Assembly (NCBI GenBank): GCA_963692865.2
Contig: OY843592.1
Location: 3,552,001 to 3,616,000, forward strand
DNA length: 64,000 nucleotides
Reading direction: 5' to 3'
Origin: a bacterium
GTDB taxonomy: Bacteria; UBA8248
Shown here in pieces: positions 42,960 through 51,938 of the stretch (position 1 is the stretch's first letter; the number at the start of each line of letters is the position of its first letter). The position numbers and the translations under genes were made by a program. Below the pieces are notes generated by a model that saw only the letters and a list, made by a program, of their open reading frames with translations, had not been told where the DNA came from and did no database searches.

Positions 42960-44197
42960 TACTGGAAATCCTCCAGCCGGGGAACGCGGCCGTACGCAAT
43001 CTTGGCCCCCGCGTAGCCGCCCGGAGGCGCGCACCCGCCGTAGCCGACGACGGTGCGCGCGTAGCGGCCGTTGATCGCATCGACGGCGGCGTTCAGCCTC
43101 GCCAGCCGGCGCCCCTCGTCCGGCTCATCGAGAGGCAGTTTTATCTGCGCTTCATCCGAGGGAGCGAGGCGGTCGAACGAGACGGCGATACGGAACAGCG
43201 CGGCCCGGCTCCGCGCCGCGGCGAGCGCGGCCCAGAGCGCCGAGAGGGCGTCCAGACAAGTCAGATCGTCGTTCGCTCTCGGGACGGGCGCCGAGGACGT
43301 CCAGGAGGGCGCATCGAGACACTCGGCCGACAGGGTGAGCCTCCGGGCGAGAAACCCCTCCCTGCGCAGGCGACGGGCCGCCTTCACCACCAGTTGCCTG
43401 GCCATCGGGCGGGCGGCCCCCGCGCTGCGCTCCCCCGGCGGCAGGACCCGGCCGTGGCCGACCGAGCCGCGCTTCGTCACCGGCGGCTCCACGTCGTAGC
43501 CGCGGAGCGCGTACCAAAAGCGCGCGCCGTTCACACTGCCCCAGATCGAACTCAGCCGCCCGGGTTCACTGTTCCAGATGTCCTCGACCGTCGCCATCCC
43601 GCTCCGCTTCAAGCGCGCGCGCATGCGCCTCCCCACTCCGGGCAATGCCTCCAGCCCGAGGCGGAGCAGAGGACCCGGCAGGTCGCCGGGAAACAGCACC
43701 GTCAGGCCGTCCGGCTTCTCCAGGTCCGAGGCGATCTTGGCGAGCCACCTGTTGGGCGCGCAGCCGATGGAGCAGGTAATGCGCTCCCCGACGGCTGCCC
43801 GCACGCGGCCCTTGATCGTCTCCCCGATCTCTTCGGGGCGGTCCCGGTCCCCCAGGACGGCGGCGAGTTCGTCGATCGAGCAAACGACGTCGACCGGCAG
43901 CACGGAGAGCACCGCCGCCACGGCGCGGTGGTGGATGCGGACGTAGAGATCCGGCCGCTGCGGCGAGAGCGTTATCCGGGGGCACAACCGGAGGGCTTCC
44001 GCGATCGCCGTCCCCGTCTTGACCCCGAACCGCTTGGCCGCGGCGTTCGCGGAGATGACGCAACTGTTGCGCGCCCCCGCGAACGGCACGACGCCGACGG
44101 GGCGGCCGCGCAAGGCGGGGTCCGCCTGCTCCTCGCAGGCCGCGAAAAAGCCGTCGAAATCGATATAGAGCCGCTTCGGTCTGGTTGGTCGGCGCAT
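42959..44197 (-). CDS. Y-family DNA polymerase (DinB/UmuC-like)
   Basis: LYIDFDGFFAACE, AKRFGVKTG, SIDE, LAKIASDLEKPDG, LPGVG. Catalytic acidic residues intact. Confidence 0.92.
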   Translation of the reverse strand: MRRPTRPKRLYIDFDGFFAACEEQADPALRGRPVGVVPFAGARNSCVISANAAAKRFGVKTGTAIAEALRLCPRITLSPQRPDLYVRIHHRAVAAVLSVLPVDVVCSIDELAAVLGDRDRPEEIGETIKGRVRAAVGERITCSIGCAPNRWLAKIASDLEKPDGLTVLFPGDLPGPLLRLGLEALPGVGRRMRARLKRSGMATVEDIWNSEPGRLSSIWGSVNGARFWYALRGYDVEPPVTKRGSVGHGRVLPPGERSAGAARPMARQLVVKAARRLRREGFLARRLTLSAECLDAPSWTSSAPVPRANDDLTCLDALSALWAALAAARSRAALFRIAVSFDRLAPSDEAQIKLPLDEPDEGRRLARLNAAVDAINGRYARTVVGYGGCAPPGGYAGAKIAYGRVPRLEDFQ

Positions 44198-44208
44198 GGC
44201 TCACTCAA

Positions 44209-44228
44209 GTGAATAAAAAACGAAAATA
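44209..44228 (-). promoter_or_regulatory. Putative operator (copy 1) overlapping -10/+1 of the Y-polymerase operon
   Basis: + strand GTGAATAAAAAACGAAAATA. 17/20 identical to 48320-48339. Minus-strand TTGCAT-18-TATTTT promoter overlaps it. Confidence 0.5.
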
Positions 44229-44273
44229 CCACGCGACAGGCAATCCATGCAAGGTGAAAGTCGATGCGCGCGG

Positions 44274-44420
44274 GGGGTTGCTGAAAAAGCCTGATTTCTT
44301 GATCCGGCTTATGTTACCTACCGGGGAGGGAGAAGAACCACTCCCCCCTTGAGGGGGGAGTGAAATTCAAAAGCGCGCACGCAACCCAAAATCGATTTCC
44401 GGGACTTTCTCAACAACCAC
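44274..44420. mobile_element. MITE-like element E8 (short, single CTCCCCCCTTGAGGGGGGAG core)
   Basis: GGGGTTGCTGAAAAA ... TTTCTCAACAACCAC. Flanks GCGG/ACGG. Confidence 0.78.
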
Positions 44421-44515
44421 ACGGGAGGCCGCCTCCTCTGGCGAAGCGGGCGATAAAACCTTATAGTGCGTCGCCGAACCGCCGAAAACTCGAGAACACC
44501 ACCGGAGGATTCCCC

Positions 44516-45565
44516 TTGAGCGCGCAAAACTCACTCGCCGCCGTTTTGCATGAACCGGGACGACTCGAACTCGTGGAGCGTCCCGCGCCCGAGCCGGGGC
44601 CGGGCGAGGTGCTCGTCGAAGTCGGCGCCTGCGCGATATGCGGCAGCGATTTCCACCTGATGGACGGCCACGTGCGGCGCGCGAAATATCCCGTCGTGCC
44701 GGGCCATGAGCTCATGGGCGTCGTGAGCGGGCTGGGGCCGGGCGCCGAGGGCGTGGAAGTCGGCGCGCGCGCCTGCATCGAGAACCACGTGCACTGCGGG
44801 GCGTGCCATTTCTGCAAGATGGGCCGGGTGAACCTTTGCAACGACTCACGCTCCATCGGCATGAACGCCGACGGCGGCTACAGCCGCCACGTCGTAGCGC
44901 CCGCGAAGTGCGTGCTGCCCCTGCCGGATGAACTGGACGACGCCACGGCTTCGGTGATGCAGACGCTGGGCACGGGCTACCACGTGGTGATGAACCGCGC
45001 GCGGATGGAAGCCGGCGAGACCGCCGCCGTCATCGGCATGGGGCCGGTGGGACTGTGCGCGCTGGCTTGCGCCAAATACGCGGGATGCCGCGTGGTCGCG
45101 GTCGACGCGGTGGCGGAGAGGCTCGAAGTCGCCCGCGAGATGGGCGCGGATGAGACGATAGACGTGCGCGAACATGATCCCGTCTCCGCCGTGCGGGACC
45201 TGACGGGCGGGCACGGGGCGGACGCCGTGCTCGAAGTCGTGGGAGGCGCTCAGAACAAGACGATGGCCCAGGCCTTCGAGATGGCCCGCAAGGGGGGGCG
45301 CATCGTGGTCGTGGGCGCGTTCTCGGTGGATGCGCCGGTGCCGCTCGAGCATCTTCAGCACCTGGAAAAGGAGATTATCGGCTCGCGCGGACATCCCGAC
45401 ACCTTCGAGGTCTGCATCGACCTCGCTGCCCGAGGCGAGTTGAACGTGAAGCCCATGATCACGCACCGGATACCGCTGTCCATGGTGCACCGGGGCATCG
45501 AGATGATGCGCGAGCGAAAAGACGGGGCCATCAAGGTGGTGCTGATCCCGAAAGAGACAGGCTGA
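44516..45565 (+). CDS. Zinc-dependent alcohol dehydrogenase family protein
   Basis: ICGSD, GHE, CGACHFC...C, GMGPVG. TTG start after GGAGG. Confidence 0.92.
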   Translation: MSAQNSLAAVLHEPGRLELVERPAPEPGPGEVLVEVGACAICGSDFHLMDGHVRRAKYPVVPGHELMGVVSGLGPGAEGVEVGARACIENHVHCGACHFCKMGRVNLCNDSRSIGMNADGGYSRHVVAPAKCVLPLPDELDDATASVMQTLGTGYHVVMNRARMEAGETAAVIGMGPVGLCALACAKYAGCRVVAVDAVAERLEVAREMGADETIDVREHDPVSAVRDLTGGHGADAVLEVVGGAQNKTMAQAFEMARKGGRIVVVGAFSVDAPVPLEHLQHLEKEIIGSRGHPDTFEVCIDLAARGELNVKPMITHRIPLSMVHRGIEMMRERKDGAIKVVLIPKETG

Positions 45566-45578
45566 GCCCGGCGCTCCA

Positions 45579-45894
45579 GGGATTGTTGAAAAAGCCCCTC
45601 AAAAAACAGAGAATGGATTTCTCGATCAGCATAAGCTTATGAATCAGCTCCCTCTTTGAGGGGCATTGGCAACTGATGAAAGGGAAAGAAGCACTCCCCC
45701 CTTGAGGGGGAGTCGACGAGGTAAGGGCGTAAGCCCGCAAGCGAGTCGGTGGGGGGAGCAAAACCAGAAAAGCAAAACACAAAAGCGCCCCCCACCGCAT
45801 CAGCCTTCGCACAAAACGCTCGGCTTCTGCGACTCCCCCTCAAGGGGGGAGTGAAATTTAGCGCGCTCCTTCTGTGGGGTTTTTCAACAGCCCC
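45579..45894. mobile_element. MITE-like element E9 with full CTCCCCCCTTGAGGGGGGAG-family hairpin
   Basis: GGGATTGTTGAAAAA ... TTTTTCAACAGCCCC. Confidence 0.8.
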
Positions 45895-45965
45895 CCCCCG
45901 CGCCAGAATCCGAATCACATTTTCCAACAAAACAATCAACAAAACATCGGCGCAGGGAGAAGAGA

Positions 45966-46862
45966 GTGAACACGCAAAGAGAAGAAACCATCGGCTTCAT
46001 CGGCCTGGGCCTCATGGGCCGGGCGTTTTCCAGGAATTTGATCCAAGACGGCTACCGGCTCGTCGGAACGGACCCGGTCGCCGCTGCGCGTGAGGCGTTC
46101 GAGGATATGGGCGGCGCCGCCCTCGCCTCGCCGAAGGAGGTGGCGGAAGCGGCGGATTTCGTATTCATCTCGGTGCCGAACTCCAGGATATCGCTCGAAT
46201 GCGCGCGGGGGGAGGAGGGCTATCTCTCGGCCGATCCGGACAAGAAACCAAAAGCCGTCATCGACACCACCACCGCAGACCCGGACGATACGCGCGAGAT
46301 GGCCCGGCTGTGCAAGGAGCGCGGCTTCGACTTCATGGAGGCGTGCGTGAGCGGCAACAGCGAGAACGTGACGAACCGCTCGGGCCTCTTCCTAGTCGGC
46401 GGGGAGGAGCGCACGCACGGACTCGTGAAGGACATGCTCGGCCGCCTGCTTTCGGATCAGATCCACTGCGGCGGCGCGGGCGACGGCGCGACGATGAAGG
46501 TGCTCATCAACTACCTCACCTGCCTGCAGCGCTGCGCCATCGCCGAGACGCTGCGCATGGGTCTGAGAGCCGGTGTGAAAGGGGAACTCCTGCTCGACGC
46601 CTTCATGAGAAGCGCCGCCGACAGCAGGCAGCTCAGGAACCGCGGCCCCCGGATGGTGAGCGGTGATTTCTCGAACCCCGTGAGCACGCTCGACGTGCTG
46701 ACCAAGGACATCAAGCTCGGCCTCGCCCTGGGCCAGAGCGTGGACGCCAATATGCCTCTCGGCGATCTCTGCCTGCCCTTTTTCACCGAGGGACAGGCGC
46801 TCGGCTTCGGCCACCTCGACAGCGCAGCGGTGTACAAGGTGTTCGAGGCGCGGGAGGGCTAG
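45966..46862 (+). CDS. NAD(P)-dependent beta-hydroxyacid dehydrogenase family protein
   Basis: GFIGLGLMG, IDTTT, VSG, MKVLIN, KDIKL. Confidence 0.88.
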   Translation: MNTQREETIGFIGLGLMGRAFSRNLIQDGYRLVGTDPVAAAREAFEDMGGAALASPKEVAEAADFVFISVPNSRISLECARGEEGYLSADPDKKPKAVIDTTTADPDDTREMARLCKERGFDFMEACVSGNSENVTNRSGLFLVGGEERTHGLVKDMLGRLLSDQIHCGGAGDGATMKVLINYLTCLQRCAIAETLRMGLRAGVKGELLLDAFMRSAADSRQLRNRGPRMVSGDFSNPVSTLDVLTKDIKLGLALGQSVDANMPLGDLCLPFFTEGQALGFGHLDSAAVYKVFEAREG

Positions 46863-46970
46863 CAAGAGACGGTGCGCCGCACCTGCGTCGGTTTCATGAG
46901 GAGGGGCGATTTTGCTCGTCATTCCGGCGACTTGATTGGTGGGAGATATCTCAAGAAAGCGGGTGGCTCG

Positions 46971-46997
46971 CGAGCTTCCCTTCTTCAGGGAAGCTCG
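46971..46997. terminator. Hairpin between convergent genes (terminator or REP relic)
   Basis: CGAGCTTCCC-TTCTTCA-GGGAAGCTCG, perfect 10-bp stem. Confidence 0.4.
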
Positions 46998-47058
46998 ACA
47001 CCCCTGCGGAAAACACGCAAAACCAATACGCTCAACCCGCCAGAACCCTCGAACGCAC

Positions 47059-47529
47059 CTACTCGGGAAGGTCATCGATGGGCCGCATGTCGGCGAGGCG
47101 TTTCGTCAGTTTGAAGGTGACGCTCTGGCCTTCCGCCATCCGCACGAGCCGCCCGGCGTCGCCTTCGGCCACCTCCCCCTTGCGCCAGGCGTCGAACCAG
47201 ATGCCGGCGGGCGATACGCCCAGGCACAACAGATAGTCGTATTCGCGATCCATGCGGATATGGTTGAACTGGAAGTTGCCGCCCCTGTCTTCGGACGCCG
47301 TTTTCAATTCGAAGAGTCGACCTCCGATACTCAGATCGGTCGGCCTGAGGCGAGAGCCGCCTTCAGTCTCGATTCCGTTTCGCTCAAGGTAGCGTCGTAT
47401 GAAATGCTCGCCGATTGCGCCCCGGTTCGTGTTCTCCACGCGCCGGAAACTCTCGAGCGGCGCGTTCGTCCATTTCGACGCCGGAGAATGATCGCGAATG
47501 ACTTCGAGGAGAAGCTCGACCGCGTTCAC
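47059..47529 (-). CDS. Small PD-(D/E)xK nuclease, putative restriction endonuclease
   Basis: GAIGE...TD...FELKTAS...QFNHIR...YDYLLCLG. GTGA overlap with the methylase stop. Confidence 0.7.
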   Translation of the reverse strand: MNAVELLLEVIRDHSPASKWTNAPLESFRRVENTNRGAIGEHFIRRYLERNGIETEGGSRLRPTDLSIGGRLFELKTASEDRGGNFQFNHIRMDREYDYLLCLGVSPAGIWFDAWRKGEVAEGDAGRLVRMAEGQSVTFKLTKRLADMRPIDDLPE

Positions 47530-48290
47530 GCCGGCGGTTCCCAGACTCTCCCCCCAATCCCTCGTTTCCAGAAAACCAGGAAATAGGAATGGTTCTTTCG
47601 CGCGTGCACCTGCTTCACGGCGCGGCTCACGCCGGGCCGGTTGTTCCGCATAATGACGAACAAATCCTCCGCGACGAATCCCATCCCTTCATAGCCCTGC
47701 ATAATCTCGACGTGGGTGAATCTCTGGCGGTTCGAGCAGACCTCGTCCTGGCACTTCACGACGAGAACGCCGCGCTCGCGCAAGACCCTGCACGCCTCCC
47801 GTCCGGCGTCGATATACAGAGCGAGCACGGCCTCGTGGTATTTGCTGCCCGTTCGATTGCCCGAGCCGTTGTTGCGGTAGTGGTCCTCGAACGGCGTATG
47901 CGAGCGGTGCGCCGTTCCGCCCGGCGAGTGCATGTATGGTGGGTCGAGCACGACGCAATCGAGCTCCCCGTCCCCGTAGGGCAGGGCGCGGCAATCGACG
48001 CCGTCCTGGATGTCGCTCGCCCGGAGATCGTACCTGCCTTCGGGTACGTTGCGCCAGAACACGCCCTTCCCGTAGGTAACGTCGGCGACGATGCTCCCCG
48101 GCTTCACGTACAAGTCGAGGATGCGCGGGAATACGCGGTCGTTCCCCTCGGCGGACGCGCTCCAGACGAGGTCGTTCGTCGCATCGCCGTTTCGCACGAT
48201 GCGCTTGGGCGGCGGCGATAAGGCGCGCGACGCTGAGCCGGACTGCGCTTCAGGCGCCTTTATCGTCCTTGCCTGGGATTGAGCGTCCAT
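47526..48290 (-). CDS. Compact amino (N6-A/N4-C) DNA methyltransferase
   Basis: SAM-binding ADVTYGKGVFW, then catalytic VLDPPY. C-terminal QVHARKNHSYFLVF. Confidence 0.82.
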   Translation of the reverse strand: MDAQSQARTIKAPEAQSGSASRALSPPPKRIVRNGDATNDLVWSASAEGNDRVFPRILDLYVKPGSIVADVTYGKGVFWRNVPEGRYDLRASDIQDGVDCRALPYGDGELDCVVLDPPYMHSPGGTAHRSHTPFEDHYRNNGSGNRTGSKYHEAVLALYIDAGREACRVLRERGVLVVKCQDEVCSNRQRFTHVEIMQGYEGMGFVAEDLFVIMRNNRPGVSRAVKQVHARKNHSYFLVFWKRGIGGRVWEPPA

Positions 48291-48319
48291 AGTGTCTTAA
48301 CCGACGAGAACGGGCGGGC

Positions 48320-48339
48320 GTGAAAAAAGAACGAAACTA
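48320..48339 (-). promoter_or_regulatory. Putative operator (copy 2) at the transcription start of the methylase/nuclease operon
   Basis: + strand GTGAAAAAAGAACGAAACTA. Lies just downstream of minus-strand TTGACG-18-TAGGTT. Confidence 0.5.
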
Positions 48340-48545
48340 TCTCCAACCTACCGCATGACCCCGTGATTCGTCAAGAACGCTCCTTTTCACGGGTCGGGCG
48401 TGATCCCGGCCCCGCTGTTCAAGGCGCTTCACATTTCAGTCCGGCGGATCGCCGCAGCAGCGCCTTCGGACGGCGCGTGATGAGCGGCCATGCAAGAGAA
48501 GAATCGACCGCGTGCGCGATGTGATCCTTATCATGCCGTCCCTGT

Positions 48546-48940
48546 GGGGGTTGCTGAAAAAGCACTGATTTCTAAATTTGTCGTATGCAACCGGCCAACG
48601 AGAGAGAAAAATTACTCCCCCCTTGAGGGTTGTTGAAAAAGTCTCAAGAAGCGATTTTGGGTTGCTCGCACACTTTTGAAGTTCACTCCCCCTTTGAGGG
48701 GGAGTCGAAGAGGCCGAGCCCTTGGGCGAAGGCCGATTCGGTGGGGGGACATACCACAGAAAAAGCTCCCCCCACCAGTTCGCTTGCGGGCTTGCGCCCT
48801 TAGCTCACTGACTCCCCCTCAAGGGGGGAGTGAATTGCTCTCTCGCCGGATGACAAAAACTCTCAAGAGGGGAGTCGTTTCATAAGAATATGTTGATTGA
48901 GAAGTCTATTCCCTGTTAGGGGGGCTATTTCAACAACCCC
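48546..48940. mobile_element. MITE-like element E10 with an internal second left TIR; CTGT duplication
   Basis: CTGT|GGGGGTTGCTGAAAAA ... TTTCAACAACCCC|CTGT. Inner AGGGTTGTTGAAAAA at 48626 interrupts the ACTCCCCCCTTGAG palindrome at its apex. Confidence 0.83.
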
Positions 48941-49051
48941 CTGTACGCCTTGCGCGCCCGCTCACGGTCCTGCGGAGCGGGTTATTTGCGGATGTGATAA
49001 GCTGGGTCTCGACATCCGGCCCACGCCGCCGCGCCCTGGAGACGAAAACGC

Positions 49052-50701
49052 TTGCCTGAAATCGAGTATCTCCGGGATCTGGTCATCGTACTCGGGTCGG
49101 CGGTCGTGGTCGCAACGGCGCTGCGCCGCGTGGGCGTTCCGTCGATCGCCGGGTTCATCCTCGCGGGCGCCCTTGTCGGACCCACGGCGCTCAGCCTCGT
49201 GGACGACACCCACCAGGTCGAAGTGCTGGCCGAGATCGGCGTCGCCCTCCTTCTGTTCGGGATCGGCCTCGAACTCTCGCTCGGCCACCTGCGGCGTCTT
49301 TGGAAACCCATCCTGTTGGGCGGCAGCATTCAGGTGACGGCCACTGTCGCGTGCACCGCGGCCCTGGCCGTCTGGTACGGACTCGAAACGGGGCCCGCGG
49401 TATTTCTGGGCTGCGTCGTCGCCGTATCCAGCACCGCCGTCGTTTTGCGGGGCCTGTCCACGCGGGGGGAACTGGATTCGCCGCACGGCCGACTGGCGGT
49501 CGGCATCCTCGTCTTCCAGGACTTGTGCGTGGTTCCCATGCTCCTGGCGGCGCCCATTCTGGCCGGACAACAGAGTTCCACGCGGGAAATCGCAGTCGCG
49601 GCCATCACCGGTCTGGCCATCCTCGCGGGCGTGCTGGTTGCGGCCAGCCGCGTCGTCCCGTATCTGCTCGCGTTCGTGGCCAAGACGAGGGAGAGGGAAC
49701 TCTTCGTCCTGACCGTCTTTCTCGGATGCTTCGGGGTCGCCTGGGGCCTGTCGCTGGCGGGAATCTCGCTCGCGCTCGGGGCATTCCTGGCCGGCCTGAT
49801 CGTCGCCGGAAGCGAGTTTCGCCACCAGGCGATGTCGGATCTGATTCCCGTGCGGGAAGTTTTCGCCAGCGTTTTCTTCGTTTCCGTGGGCATGCTGCTG
49901 GACGTTTCGGACGTGTTCGAGCATTTCGCGCCGATTCTCGGGTTTCTCGGCCTCATCCTCGTCGGCAAATTCGCGATTGTGCTCGCCATGGGGTTGATCC
50001 TGCGAATGCCGCTTCGCGTGGCTATCCTGTCGGCGGCCACATTGTGCCAGATCGGCGAGTTCTCGTTCGTACTGCTGAATGCGGCTTCGGGAAGCGGTCT
50101 GCTTGGGGACGAGCTGTCCCACAATCTCCTGGTGGCGATCATCCTGTCCATGCTCCTCACGCCGATGGTTATCGCATTCGGCCCTCACCTGGCTCTCGGC
50201 GCGGACCGCGTCCCATGGCTGAACCGGATCCTGGGCGCCGAGCCTCCCGGATTCGACGCCCACGAACCGCACAGCGACCACGTCATCGTCGCCGGATACG
50301 GCCGGGCGGGCCGGGACGTATGTCAAGCCGCCCGCGCCGCAGGGTTCTCCTGCATCGCGGTCGACGTGAACGTCGATAACGTCCGCGCGGCAAAAGCGGC
50401 GGGAGACCCGGCCGTCTACGGAGACGTCACGCAGAGGGAAGTGCTGGAGGAGCTCGGTTGCGGGAACGCCCGTCTGGTGGTGGTGACGATAAACGACACG
50501 CGAGCCACGGAACTTGCGGTCCGCACAATTCGCCGGACGGCGCCTGACACTCCCGTCATTGCGCGCGCCCTCTACGATATAGACGAGGATTCACTGAAGG
50601 CGGCCGGCGCCACGAGGGTCATCACGGCGGAAGCCACGACCAGCGCCGTGATCGCCACTGCATGTCTCACGGAACTGGGATCGACAGAGTCGAAAGCTTA
50701 G
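49052..50701 (+). CDS. CPA2 cation:proton antiporter with TrkA-N (KTN) domain (Kef-type)
   Basis: LAEIGVALLLFGIGLE, SSTAVV, FQDL, QIGEFSF, GYGRAG, YGDVT. Confidence 0.9.
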   Translation: MPEIEYLRDLVIVLGSAVVVATALRRVGVPSIAGFILAGALVGPTALSLVDDTHQVEVLAEIGVALLLFGIGLELSLGHLRRLWKPILLGGSIQVTATVACTAALAVWYGLETGPAVFLGCVVAVSSTAVVLRGLSTRGELDSPHGRLAVGILVFQDLCVVPMLLAAPILAGQQSSTREIAVAAITGLAILAGVLVAASRVVPYLLAFVAKTRERELFVLTVFLGCFGVAWGLSLAGISLALGAFLAGLIVAGSEFRHQAMSDLIPVREVFASVFFVSVGMLLDVSDVFEHFAPILGFLGLILVGKFAIVLAMGLILRMPLRVAILSAATLCQIGEFSFVLLNAASGSGLLGDELSHNLLVAIILSMLLTPMVIAFGPHLALGADRVPWLNRILGAEPPGFDAHEPHSDHVIVAGYGRAGRDVCQAARAAGFSCIAVDVNVDNVRAAKAAGDPAVYGDVTQREVLEELGCGNARLVVVTINDTRATELAVRTIRRTAPDTPVIARALYDIDEDSLKAAGATRVITAEATTSAVIATACLTELGSTESKA

Positions 50702-50727
50702 GCCGGGATACTTCGCCTCACCATGAT

Positions 50728-50908
50728 GAGGTTGTTGAAAAAGCCCCTGAAGAGGGAGGAATTGCCGTCATTCCGGCGAATGCCGGAATCCAGAGCCGAC
50801 GAGGATCATGGCGAGCCAGCCTTTTACGTTCTCACCGATTGGATGGAAAAACAAAGAGCAAAGACAAAAAGACAAAGTCCCTGGATTCCGGCATTCGCCG
50901 GAATGACG
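50728..50908. repeat. Element E11: left TIR plus GTCATTCCGGC REP pair, right TIR missing
   Basis: GAGGTTGTTGAAAAA ... GTCATTCCGGCGAATGCCGGAATCC ... GGATTCCGGCATTCGCCGGAATGAC. Confidence 0.78.
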
Positions 50909-50915
50909 AACAAAA

Positions 50916-50939
50916 CTGGATTACCTCGACTACCACTGA
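50916..50939 (+). pseudogene. 3-prime relic of a HigB toxin gene
   Basis: CTG GAT TAC CTC GAC TAC CAC TGA = LDYLDYH-stop, the typical HigB C-terminus, 13 bp before higA. Confidence 0.7.
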
Positions 50940-50952
50940 TGGGGGCAAAGCG

Positions 50953-51240
50953 ATGGCGATGAAAAATCCTCCGCATCCTGGCGGAATCGTGAGGCGACAA
51001 TGCCTCGAACCGCTCGGATTGTCCGTGACGAAGGCCGCCGAGGGTCTCGGCGTCGCGCGCCAGACCTTGTCGGAACTGATCAACGAGCGCACGGGGGTCT
51101 CCATCGAGATGGCAATCCGCCTTTCCAAGGCGTTCGGCTCGACGCCGGAGACCTGGCTCGGCCTGCAGATGGCTTACGATCTCTGGCGGGCGCGCGCCCG
51201 CCTCGACGAAATCAAGGTCGAGAAACTCGGGGCGGCCTGA
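50953..51240 (+). CDS. higA: HigA family addiction-module antitoxin
   Basis: NPPHPG, LSVTKAAEGLGVARQTLS, MAIRLSKAFGSTPETWL.LQ.AYDL. Confidence 0.92.
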   Translation: MAMKNPPHPGGIVRRQCLEPLGLSVTKAAEGLGVARQTLSELINERTGVSIEMAIRLSKAFGSTPETWLGLQMAYDLWRARARLDEIKVEKLGAA

Positions 51241-51288
51241 TGCGACTCGCACCGGCGCGACGAAGACGGGAAAACCGCGCCGGGCGGG

Positions 51289-51756
51289 CTAGGGGCGGAT
51301 CTGCAGGGTGAGGATGGTCTCCACCGGCGCGTCGTAGGTGAGTTCGTTGATGTTGAGCGCCGCGCGCGCGTGCCTGCCCCGCTCCTCGCCGAGCACCTCG
51401 ACGAGGAGGTCGCTCTCCCCGTTCACCACCCAGGGCGCCTCCGTAAAGCCGGGCGCGCTGTTCACGTAGCCTTCGAGGCGCACGGCGCGCACGACGCGGT
51501 CCAGGTCGCCCCCCAGGCACTCCTTCGCCATGGCGAGGTGGTTCAGCCCGCACAGGCGCGCCGAGCGGTAGCCCTCCTCCACGCTGACGCCGCCGCCGAG
51601 CTTCCCCCGAACGGGGATCTCTCCGTTGTACTGGCCGATGGTGCCGGCGAGGAACAGCACCTCGCCCACCGCCACGCCGGGGATGTAGTTCGCCACGGCG
51701 GGCGGGACTTCGGGAAGTTCGATGCCGAGTTCTTCCAGCCTCTTTTCGATGCTCAT
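51289..51756 (-). CDS. RidA/YjgF family protein
   Basis: RLEELGIELP, VANY, GKLG, NGESDL, HARAA. Confidence 0.88.
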   Translation of the reverse strand: MSIEKRLEELGIELPEVPPAVANYIPGVAVGEVLFLAGTIGQYNGEIPVRGKLGGGVSVEEGYRSARLCGLNHLAMAKECLGGDLDRVVRAVRLEGYVNSAPGFTEAPWVVNGESDLLVEVLGEERGRHARAALNINELTYDAPVETILTLQIRP

Positions 51757-51938
51757 ATTCGCGCTCCATGCCTGATGGGGGAAACGATCCGGGGAGGCGG
51801 GCGCGTCCTTCGCGCGGCGCGCCCGCGCCGGGACGATGGTAGCACAACTCCGCTTCCCCTGCGCCCGGATTTTTCGGGGACGGGCGTCCGCGCGCCGGGG
51901 CGGGAATCGAGCGCCCCCGAATCATGGCGAGACACGCG

